From NCBI GenBank assembly GCA_037127815.1, contig JBAXXP010000001.1, positions 16,936 through 80,935 of the forward strand: a stretch of 64,000 nucleotides of DNA, given 5' to 3'. Of this stretch, positions 56,784 through 64,000 are shown one piece after another. The DNA is from a bacterium (GTDB taxonomy: Bacteria > Patescibacteriota > Minisyncoccia > Phycocordibacterales > CAIZLB01). A model generated the notes under the pieces. The model was not told where the DNA came from, searched no databases, and saw only the letters and a list, made by a program, of their open reading frames with translations. Position 1 is the stretch's first letter, and each line of letters starts with the position of its first letter. The position numbers were made by a program, and so were the translations under genes.

Positions 56784-57188
56784 CTAGGAAAGCTTGGATG
56801 TACAGAAAGCACACCTTGTTGCCTCTTTTGGAATCTCACTCAAACATTCCGGGCATTCCTTCTTTTTTGGTTCCAACTTTTTCAAATCGCGCTTAGCTCT
56901 TGCGATTAATATATTTATTGGAGTTAGAACAAAAAAATAAACAGAGAAAACGATTATGAAAAATGACATTAGTGAATTTATGAAGTCTCCAACCATAAAT
57001 TTACTGTCGTTGATTGTAAAGAAGATGCTTGAAAAATCAGGAGACTTAACCACAGCCCCAATCAAAGGAGTAATCAAGTCCTTAACAATAGCTTCCACAA
57101 TCTTACTGAAAGCAGCTCCAACAGCAACTCCAACTGCCAAAGTAATCATGTTATCTCTTAATATAAATTCTTTAAATCCTTTTATCAT
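56784..57188 (-). CDS. mscL: Large-conductance mechanosensitive channel MscL with a C-terminal CxxC...CxxC zinc-ribbon tail
   Basis: N-terminal FKEFILRDNMITLAVGVAVGAAFSKIVEAIVKDLITPLIG is the MscL TM1 signature. The C-terminus is KKECPECLSEIPKEATRCAFCTSKL. Confidence 0.75.
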   Translation of the reverse strand: MIKGFKEFILRDNMITLAVGVAVGAAFSKIVEAIVKDLITPLIGAVVKSPDFSSIFFTINDSKFMVGDFINSLMSFFIIVFSVYFFVLTPINILIARAKRDLKKLEPKKKECPECLSEIPKEATRCAFCTSKLS

Positions 57189-57262
57189 ATTTTTTTATTA
57201 TATTCCTATTCTATCCTTAAACAGAATAACGTCAACTTTTAGCTCCCTATTATTTGCAGATA

Positions 57263-57706
57263 TTAATTGAAATCTACTTCAAATCTATACATTCCCATTC
57301 CACATGTTCCATTTAGTATACCGGCAGCTTGGCTTCCAACATCAATATCCGTTGAACCAGTTTGTGGTAATATTTGATTAACATTCAAACTTGCAATTCT
57401 TATAGACGAGGAGCAATCAAATGTACCTCTAGTTTTGAATCTTATACTAGTTGGAATACCAGCCTTAGCTATACTCTTACTAGGATTATATCCACCCCTA
57501 ACATCAATTTCAATAATTTGCTTTCCATCTACCACCGTGACATTACTCGCGTTACTATCTGTTTCTCCTGTTCCATTCACACCCCCAGTAATTCCAGACG
57601 CCCCATTGTTTCCACTCGATGAAACTATGAATGCCACTATAATTAAAAGTAAGGCAAATATTACTGCTGCTATGGTTGTTTTCATATATTGTGTTTTATC
57701 GGACAT
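57263..57706 (-). CDS. Membrane-anchored exported protein with a Cys/Met-rich cupredoxin-like C-terminal domain (putative copper-binding)
   Basis: N-terminal transmembrane helix and a Gly/Ser/Asn/Thr linker. The domain EIDVRGGYNP...FDCSSSI...GTCGMGMYRFEV resembles Cupredoxin_1-like proteins found in copper operons. Tentative. Confidence 0.35.
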   Translation of the reverse strand: MSDKTQYMKTTIAAVIFALLLIIVAFIVSSSGNNGASGITGGVNGTGETDSNASNVTVVDGKQIIEIDVRGGYNPSKSIAKAGIPTSIRFKTRGTFDCSSSIRIASLNVNQILPQTGSTDIDVGSQAAGILNGTCGMGMYRFEVDFN

Positions 57707-57711
57707 AAAGA

Positions 57712-58839
57712 TTAAAAATTAAAGATTGGTGAAATAAACCCAATCGCCACCAAGCTATTTATTAAATTGAAGATAGCAAACATAATTACAATAAGACCAG
57801 CCGTCTTAAAGAATATCCCCTGTTTTGTGCTATTTTTTATACTAAATGAACTAAAGCTAATAAGTGCGAGAACTGGAAGCGTACCTAACGCAAAGGAAAG
57901 CATTGTTAAGGTACCGCCCATAAAACTACCTGTTGTTAAACTATATAATTGCATTGACTGAGTAAATCCACAAGGTAAAAAGAAAGTTGCAATACCTACG
58001 AGTAATGGAGTTAAGGTGTGATTTAATTTTGATACGCCGTGCGCTCTCTGTGAAATAAATCTTGGCATCCCCGGTTGTAGTTTTTTAGCCCAAGGAAAAA
58101 CATCGAGCAAATTTATACCTAAGATGAACATTACAACGGCTATCAATATTCCGAGAATAAATGTTGCATAAGCACTTAATGTAAATGCACTTCCTACAGC
58201 ACCAATTACTCCACCCAAAATAAAGAACGATATCAAACGCCCTCCATGAAACATTATTTGAGGTTTAATTCTATCTCCTTCTTTTGCAAAAGTAGCAGAC
58301 ATTGAAAGTAATAGACCACCAACAACTGCCATACATGATGAAAGTGATGCAATTATTCCGACTACAAACGATGTACCATATGTCACATTTCCTCCGCCAA
58401 CAAGATTTATAAGGCCAACTTTTTGAAGTAGTAAAAATAAAATTAGAAAACCAAGTGCGACAGGACCTGCGATTTTAAAATCAGACCATTTTGAAACGCT
58501 TGCTCCTTTTGTGTGCTGAGAATTCAGAACACCTCCATCTTTAGACCCAAACACTTCTTTATGTTCCTCTCCAGAAGAAATTTTATATCCATGCTTTTCT
58601 ACAAGTAACGACAACTCTTTTGCAATATCTTCCTCACTCTTACCTTTGAAATTTCCAATCACTTCAACACATCCCCCACCTAAATTTGCTACAGCTTTTT
58701 CCACCATTGCATGATCATTTAATTCAGTTTCAGTTAGAAGTACACAGGCGTTACAATGCATTCCCTTGATAAAGAATTTATATTTTTTAGACCCATCTAT
58801 TTCTTCCTGCATTCTACCCGTATTATTTTGATTATGCAT
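57712..58839 (-). CDS. Heavy-metal-associated (HMA) domain fused to a DsbD_2/CcdA-like thiol-disulfide transmembrane domain
   Basis: N-terminal FFIKGMHCNAC metal-binding motif. The membrane domain has Cys-containing helices (LSSCMAVVGG; FFLPCGFTQ) like the CcdA/DsbD transmembrane region. Confidence 0.5.
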   Translation of the reverse strand: MHNQNNTGRMQEEIDGSKKYKFFIKGMHCNACVLLTETELNDHAMVEKAVANLGGGCVEVIGNFKGKSEEDIAKELSLLVEKHGYKISSGEEHKEVFGSKDGGVLNSQHTKGASVSKWSDFKIAGPVALGFLILFLLLQKVGLINLVGGGNVTYGTSFVVGIIASLSSCMAVVGGLLLSMSATFAKEGDRIKPQIMFHGGRLISFFILGGVIGAVGSAFTLSAYATFILGILIAVVMFILGINLLDVFPWAKKLQPGMPRFISQRAHGVSKLNHTLTPLLVGIATFFLPCGFTQSMQLYSLTTGSFMGGTLTMLSFALGTLPVLALISFSSFSIKNSTKQGIFFKTAGLIVIMFAIFNLINSLVAIGFISPIFNF

Positions 58840-58840
58840 A

Positions 58841-61198
58841 TTATTTTAATTTTTTAGTTTCAAGTCTTAGTGAGTTTGTCACAACAGAAACACTACTTCC
58901 GGCCATTGCCAATCCTGCGAAAACGGGATTCAGAGTTATACCCCATATTGGATACAGTAACCCAGCAGCTACAGGAATTCCAATTATATTATAAATAAAT
59001 GCCCAGAAAAGATTTTGCTTTATTGTTCTCATTGTAGTTTGAGAAAGATCAAACGCCTGTGACAGTTTATTTAAGTCCCCATGTAAAAGCGTAATGCCAG
59101 ATGACTCAATAGCAACATCAGTTCCTGTAGCCATAGCGATTCCAACATCAGCTTGAACCAAAGCCGGAGCATCATTAATTCCGTCTCCCACCATTGCTAC
59201 TTTTTTACCTTCTGCCTGAAGCTCTTTAATTTTTCCAGCCTTCTCAGCAGGTAATACTTCTGAAATCACATTATCGATATTTGCTTGCTTGGCAATATAC
59301 ATTGCTGCCAAATGATTATCTCCGGTAAGCATCACTACTTTGATTCCACGCTTATGAAGTTTTGAAATCGCCTCCACTGACTCTTCTTTTAGAGTATCGC
59401 TAAGTGCAATTAATCCAATTTTTTGCGAATCAATCTCCACAATAACCACGGTCTTACCTTGTTCTTGTAATTCTTTTATCTTTTCGATTTCTTGCCCTCT
59501 ACCAACATGACTTATCTCATTTAAATTTGGTTTGTGAACATAAATAATTTTCCCCTCACCTTCTCCTCTCACACCAACTCCTTCAAGTGCAATAAAATTT
59601 TCTATCTTAATAAGAGTAATATTTTTTTCAATTGATTTATTAACGATAGCTTCAGCAAGAGGGTGTTCTGAAAGTTTTTCAACACTGGCTGCAAATTGCA
59701 AAATATGATCATCGCTGAATTCCTCATGCAAAATAATAACATCAGTTACTTCTGGCTTTCCTTTTGTAATTGTTCCTGTCTTATCAAGTACCACCGTATC
59801 AACATTACTTAATTTCTCAAGAGCCTCAGCATCCTTAATCAGGATTCCGTATTCAGCCCCCTTCCCAACCCCAACAATGATTGCTGTTGGAGTTGCAAGT
59901 CCTAGGGCACATGGGCAAGCAATAACTAATATTCCAACAAAAGCTAAAATTCCAAAAGAAAGTGCCGACGAGAAACCAAGAAACATTGTTCCAACAGTTA
60001 GCCATACAGCAAGAGTGAGTATTGATACACCAAGAACAATAGGAACAAATACTGCAGATATTTTATCAGCAAGCGCTTGTATGGGTGCTTTGGAGCCCTG
60101 TGCCTCCTCTACCATTCTAATAATTTGTGACAAAAGTGTGTCTGCGCCAACTTTTGTGGCAATAAATTTAAAATTACCTTGTTTGTTAATCGTTGCACCA
60201 ACAACCAAATCTCCAACTTTTTTTTCAGCAGGAATAGACTCCCCAGTAATCATAGATTCATCTACGCTAGACACACCTTCAATTATTTTCCCATCAACTG
60301 GAATTTTTGCTCCGGGTTTCACGATAACGATATCTCCAATCTGCACTTCATTTATAGATACTTCAACTTCAATTCCATCTTTTAAGACAAGAGCTATCTT
60401 TGCCTGCAGTCCAATTAATTTTTCTATTGCCTCTCCTGTTTGAAGTTTAGATTTTGCTTCAAGATATTTTCCAAATATTACAAAACCAATTACAACAATC
60501 GTAACATCAAAATATGTATATTCTGGAAGTTGCAACGCAAAAGCGGCTTGAGGAAATAGAGTTATAAAAATACTGTAAATGTATGCAGTTAATGTTCCAA
60601 TACCAATAAGCGTATCCATATTTGCAACCCTGTATTTTATGAATCTAATAACCCCTTGCAGGAATGGTTGTCCAATCCAAAAAAGAACTATTGTTCCAAG
60701 TATCATTGTAATTGAATTAAACAATGACATTGAAATAGGTACCTCTGAAATGTACGATGAAAGCAAAGTCTTCATCAAGATATTCCACACCATGACAATA
60801 AATACTAAAATAGCCACGGGCAAAACAAACCAAATTTTATACCTCATCTCTGACAGCTCCTTATTTTTTTCTTCTTTTGATTGTCCAATACCTGTGTGAA
60901 CACGATGTTCCTCCTCACTCATATTCTCCATACCTGGTCCCATACCATGATCTTCTACACGACTCATACCGTGAATTGCACTTTCATTTTCACCACTAAG
61001 TGTATAGCCGAGTTTTTCTATTTCATTATTCATTCTTTCTATTGATGTTTTTTCTGGATCAAATTCAACTACCGCTTTTTCAGTTGCAATGTTAACATTG
61101 ACGTCCCCCACCCCATCTAATGTACCAATCTTTTTTGAAATTATTGCAGCACAACTAGCGCAATGCATACCTTTGATTTTTAATATTTGTTTTCTCAT
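58841..61198 (-). CDS. copA: Copper-translocating P1B-type ATPase
   Basis: 785 aa. N-terminal HMA domain (GMHCASC), transmembrane CPC motif ([11 protein letters not shown]), phosphorylation motif DKTGTIT, and GDGINDAP. Confidence 0.9.
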   Translation of the reverse strand: MRKQILKIKGMHCASCAAIISKKIGTLDGVGDVNVNIATEKAVVEFDPEKTSIERMNNEIEKLGYTLSGENESAIHGMSRVEDHGMGPGMENMSEEEHRVHTGIGQSKEEKNKELSEMRYKIWFVLPVAILVFIVMVWNILMKTLLSSYISEVPISMSLFNSITMILGTIVLFWIGQPFLQGVIRFIKYRVANMDTLIGIGTLTAYIYSIFITLFPQAAFALQLPEYTYFDVTIVVIGFVIFGKYLEAKSKLQTGEAIEKLIGLQAKIALVLKDGIEVEVSINEVQIGDIVIVKPGAKIPVDGKIIEGVSSVDESMITGESIPAEKKVGDLVVGATINKQGNFKFIATKVGADTLLSQIIRMVEEAQGSKAPIQALADKISAVFVPIVLGVSILTLAVWLTVGTMFLGFSSALSFGILAFVGILVIACPCALGLATPTAIIVGVGKGAEYGILIKDAEALEKLSNVDTVVLDKTGTITKGKPEVTDVIILHEEFSDDHILQFAASVEKLSEHPLAEAIVNKSIEKNITLIKIENFIALEGVGVRGEGEGKIIYVHKPNLNEISHVGRGQEIEKIKELQEQGKTVVIVEIDSQKIGLIALSDTLKEESVEAISKLHKRGIKVVMLTGDNHLAAMYIAKQANIDNVISEVLPAEKAGKIKELQAEGKKVAMVGDGINDAPALVQADVGIAMATGTDVAIESSGITLLHGDLNKLSQAFDLSQTTMRTIKQNLFWAFIYNIIGIPVAAGLLYPIWGITLNPVFAGLAMAGSSVSVVTNSLRLETKKLK

Positions 61199-61221
61199 GT
61201 TTATATATAGTGAATTTTGAA

Positions 61222-61276
61222 TTTTGGGGTCAGGCGATTTTGGTCGTAGACCTAAGTCGTGTGCCTGACCCCAAAA
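61222..61276. repeat. Copy 5 (variant with 27-nt insert in the loop) of the palindromic repeat family, intercistronic between csoR and copA
   Basis: TTTTGGGGTCAGGC-[gattttggtcgtagacctaagtcgtgt]-GCCTGACCCCAAAA. It lies between the csoR stop (61280) and the copA start (61198). Confidence 0.7.
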
Positions 61277-61279
61277 CTT

Positions 61280-61570
61280 TTATTTTCTCTTAAGCTTATA
61301 TACTTTTAGAATCTCAGCTTTTGCCTTTTCTGTTTGACCTTGTGCAACCTGCCTAAGAACACAATGTCCCAAATGATGCTCTAAAAGAAGATCTTCAACG
61401 TTAGATAGACCTTGTTTTGCAGCTGAAGTCTGAGTAATTACATCGATGCAATATGTATCGTTTTCGATCATTTGATATAACCCTCTGATTTGACCTTCTA
61501 TTAATTTTAGACGGCGCAGAATTTTATCTTTCTTTTCATCTTTCTTGATATCTGTTTTTACTGATTTCAT
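61280..61570 (-). CDS. csoR: CsoR/RcnR-family copper-sensing transcriptional repressor
   Basis: 96 aa. LRRLKLIEGQIRGLYQMIENDTYCIDVITQ...HHLGHC carries the C-H-C Cu(I)-ligand pattern (Cys41, His66 and Cys70 in this protein's own numbering) of CsoR. Confidence 0.8.
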   Translation of the reverse strand: MKSVKTDIKKDEKKDKILRRLKLIEGQIRGLYQMIENDTYCIDVITQTSAAKQGLSNVEDLLLEHHLGHCVLRQVAQGQTEKAKAEILKVYKLKRK

Positions 61571-61582
61571 ATTTCATATTTT

Positions 61583-61600
61583 ATACCCCCTAGGGGGTAT
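61583..61600. promoter_or_regulatory. CsoR operator: perfect 18-bp palindrome ATACCCCCTAGGGGGTAT, upstream of csoR-copA
   Basis: It matches the GC-rich pseudo-palindrome bound by B. subtilis CsoR at copZA (TACCC-N-GGGTA core). It sits 13 nt upstream of the csoR start codon. Confidence 0.6.
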
Positions 61601-61640
61601 AGTCAATTACCTATAACTAGATCCTTCTAAAATCATAAGT

Positions 61641-62225
61641 TTGGTATTTCTTTATATTTTCTTTATAAACACAGGTCCTGCTGGATATGGTAAACTTAGG
61701 TACATAGACATGAAAAAAGAACCAAAAACAATAGCAGTAAATGACAAAATGCAGAAGAACTATACATATGCATTGGTTGAACCTGTTGGTAAAAATTTTG
61801 ACCCTATCTTCAAGCCTCAACTTACACCTAAAGAAATGCTTGAACTGGGTGTTTTTGGTGGAAAGTACATGACAGACTGTGGTAAGGAGTTTCCTAAGGA
61901 CTGGTACAAAGAAGCAAAACTCTCCCCTCTCAAATACGATGCCAAAATTAATTATTTTAAAACAAGAGCAAGTCAACCACTTTCTGTTTGGCGTGCCAAG
62001 GGATGGATTTATAAAGAAGATCCAAGAGGTTGGTTTCAATGGTATTGCAGATATTATATGGGGAGAAGGATTCCTGCTGAAGATAAAAGACAAATAAAAA
62101 GATGGTTTAATATGAGACGTCATGTTTCTCAAATAGTTAACAATTGTAGAACAGCAGATTTTAGCTGTCACACCAGACAGAGGCAAGCAGTTCTTCACTG
62201 GGCATATGATAGTAGAAAATTTTAA
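61641..62225 (+). CDS. Conserved hypothetical protein with a Trp/Tyr/Arg-rich C-terminal motif (GWFQWYCRYYMGRR...QIKRWFNMRRH)
   Basis: 194 aa. The likely start is MKKEPKT (61704). No family recognised by eye. Confidence 0.35.
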   Translation: MVFLYIFFINTGPAGYGKLRYIDMKKEPKTIAVNDKMQKNYTYALVEPVGKNFDPIFKPQLTPKEMLELGVFGGKYMTDCGKEFPKDWYKEAKLSPLKYDAKINYFKTRASQPLSVWRAKGWIYKEDPRGWFQWYCRYYMGRRIPAEDKRQIKRWFNMRRHVSQIVNNCRTADFSCHTRQRQAVLHWAYDSRKF

Positions 62226-62232
62226 ATAAAAA

Positions 62233-64000
62233 ATGACAGAAAAATCCACACACCTTAAATTCATAGACTATCCCATTTCATCAGTAATCAGGGTTACTCC
62301 TGATCAAGTTCCACACCTTAAAAAATTAAACCTTTTTACTGTTGGTGATATTCTAAGGCACTTCCCCACAAGATATGGTGGAACATCTGAAGCCCAATAT
62401 ATCAAAGACCTAATGGTGGGCCAAAGCGCTACAATATACGGAAGAATTGGAAAACTAAAAACGGGTAAAAGTTTTAAGAGTAAGATGGCAATGGCCGAGG
62501 GCGTGGTAACCGACAACACCGGAAACATAAAAGTCATATGGCTTCATCAACCTTACATTGCAAAACTAATTCAAGAAGGAAGTTTGGTGAAAGTTACAGG
62601 TAAGGTTACAAAAAGAGGTGAAACAAATGGAATGATGAATCCAGAAATAGAATCTGTTGGAACTCTGCCAGACCAAATTGGTAGAAACCTTTTTGCAGGC
62701 AGTGAAACACCAATAGAACATTTTTCGCCAGTATACCCAGAGACAAAAGGGGTGACATCAAAATGGATTTATCACACACTTCAGAGAATTTTTAAGAATC
62801 CCCTTTTTGAATCAATAGAGGACCCAGTTCCCGCTGACATTCTTAAGAAATATAATTTACCAGCACTTAAAACATCTCTTGTTTGGATTCATACTCCTCA
62901 AAAGGAATCTGATGCTCAGGTCGCTAGAAAAAGATTTGCATTTGAGGAAGTGTTTTATATTCAAATTAAAAATCAACAAGTTAGAGCTATGGCTGAAAAA
63001 GAAAAGGCTTACATAATTGAACCATCAAAAGAGACTCTTGGAGAATTCACTAGCAGATTCCCCTTTGCATTAACCACCTCTCAACAAAAATCAATTAAAG
63101 ATATTTTGAACGATTTTAAAAAAGGCACCCCAATGTCCCGACTTCTTGAAGGAGATGTAGGTTCAGGAAAAACAGCCGTTGCAGCAACTACAGCATACGG
63201 AGTTGTGACAACAAGACCAAAAGGCAAGGACTCAAAAACACAAAACTTTGGAAACTTACAGGTTGCATACATGGCCCCCACAGAAATATTAGCAAAACAA
63301 CACTTCGAATCTTTTATTCAGTATTTCAAACATATGCCAATTTCTATTGGTTTTATAAGCGGAACGGGATGCAGAAAATTTCCTTCAAAGGTTAATCAAG
63401 GTGGATGGACCGATATTTCAAGATCACAATTATTGAAATGGGTTGAGGGTGGTGAGATTGCAATACTAATTGGAACTCATGCATTAATTCAAAAGACAGT
63501 AAAATTCAAAGATCTGGCGTATGTAATAATTGATGAGCAACATAGATTTGGAACAGCACAGAGACAGAAGTTAGCACGCAAGCATGATGTTGTCCCCCAT
63601 TTACTATCAATGACGGCAACACCAATTCCAAGAACTCTTGCCCTAACTCTTTATGGGGATTTAGATTTATCTTTGATTGATCAAATGCCCACAGGAAGAA
63701 AACCAATTATTACGGAAATTATTACTGAGCCAAAAAGAGATGCAACATATGAAAAAATCAAAAAAGAACTTGCTGAAGGAAGACAAGTTTATGTTATTTG
63801 TCCAAGAATAGAAGAAGCTGATCCTGACAAGGAGCAAGCTCTGAATGTTAAATCTGTTGTAGAGGAAGCAAAAAGACTAAAGCAAAAAATATTTCAAGAA
63901 TGGAATATCGATATTCTTCATAGTAAAATGAAGCCTAAAGAAAAGGATGCGGTTATGCAGAGTTTTGAAAGAAAAGAAATTGATATCTTGGTTGCAACAA
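62233..64000 (+). CDS. recG: ATP-dependent DNA helicase RecG (3'-partial, continues beyond window)
   Basis: An N-terminal wedge/OB domain, then helicase motif I GDVGSGKT, motif II VIIDEQHRFG and MTATPIPRT. The ORF is open to the window end and is not in the track because it has no stop. Confidence 0.85.
   Translation, partial: MTEKSTHLKFIDYPISSVIRVTPDQVPHLKKLNLFTVGDILRHFPTRYGGTSEAQYIKDLMVGQSATIYGRIGKLKTGKSFKSKMAMAEGVVTDNTGNIKVIWLHQPYIAKLIQEGSLVKVTGKVTKRGETNGMMNPEIESVGTLPDQIGRNLFAGSETPIEHFSPVYPETKGVTSKWIYHTLQRIFKNPLFESIEDPVPADILKKYNLPALKTSLVWIHTPQKESDAQVARKRFAFEEVFYIQIKNQQVRAMAEKEKAYIIEPSKETLGEFTSRFPFALTTSQQKSIKDILNDFKKGTPMSRLLEGDVGSGKTAVAATTAYGVVTTRPKGKDSKTQNFGNLQVAYMAPTEILAKQHFESFIQYFKHMPISIGFISGTGCRKFPSKVNQGGWTDISRSQLLKWVEGGEIAILIGTHALIQKTVKFKDLAYVIIDEQHRFGTAQRQKLARKHDVVPHLLSMTATPIPRTLALTLYGDLDLSLIDQMPTGRKPIITEIITEPKRDATYEKIKKELAEGRQVYVICPRIEEADPDKEQALNVKSVVEEAKRLKQKIFQEWNIDILHSKMKPKEKDAVMQSFERKEIDILVAT

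Noticed and set aside
61641-62225. Whether ORF 61641-62225 is a DarT-like ADP-ribosyltransferase partner for the NADAR gene
   Set aside because: No recognisable ART motif. The two genes are 5 kb apart and not co-oriented. No basis beyond a superficial Arg/Trp-rich patch.

Overview
This 64 kb window is AT-rich and densely coded, mostly on the minus strand. The gene content looks like a small-genome, possibly episymbiotic bacterium (Candidate Phyla Radiation / Patescibacteria-like). That call rests only on the compact proteins, weak Shine-Dalgarno sequences, a large type IV pilus (T4P) locus and standard-code usage.

Recognisable content, in order:
- Core metabolism: malic enzyme and pyrC-pyrD.
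- A surface protein with thrombospondin type-3 (TSP3) Ca-binding repeats, and a DEAD-box helicase with a long N-terminal Gly/Ser/Tyr/Arg low-complexity region.
- A beta-mannoside phosphorolysis cluster: three GH130 domains, a HAD-IIB phosphomannomutase-like protein and a cupin mannose-6-phosphate isomerase.
- CapA, RdgB, a TrmB regulator and an inositol-monophosphatase-like enzyme.
- ftsX and ftsE, a type IV pilin-like gene, and a compact prfB.
- Two solitary MazF/PemK-like paralogs plus a 3' fragment of a third, and several tRNAs.
- A free-standing LAGLIDADG homing endonuclease lying between tRNA genes.
- gatC-gatA, a DinJ/YafQ-like toxin-antitoxin pair, and ligA.
- A complete type IV pilus locus: four minor pilins, pilD, the major pilin pilA, pilC, pilT, a receiver domain, pilB, and pilO/N/M-like genes, followed by comF.
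- lysC; an ArsR / low-molecular-weight tyrosine phosphatase / glutaredoxin module; ung; Hsp20; a NADAR-family protein; mscL.
- A copper module: a cupredoxin-like protein, an HMA-DsbD_2 fusion, copA, and csoR with a textbook CsoR operator palindrome.
- A partial recG at the 3' edge.

The unusual signals are listed in the findings:
- A 9-nt poly-C(+)/poly-G(-) tract that separates the pilin start codon and leader from the mature pilin reading frame. It could be a phase-variation switch or a homopolymer sequencing error.
- A family of at least five near-identical 32-38 bp GC-rich palindromes (TTTGGGGTCAGGCACC..GGTGCCTGACCCCAAA). Several copies sit inside operons.
- A tRNA cluster carrying the homing endonuclease and an atypical second CAU-anticodon tRNA-like gene.
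- A type II tRNA-Ser paralog whose anticodon reads ACU.
- MazF-like paralogs with conserved hairpins that overlap their stop codons.
- Paired lipoprotein genes with Gly/Tyr/Arg-rich tails behind duplicated promoters.

No CRISPR array, rRNA gene or classical transposase was seen. All calls come from reading the sequence and the six-frame translations by eye. No database searches were run.
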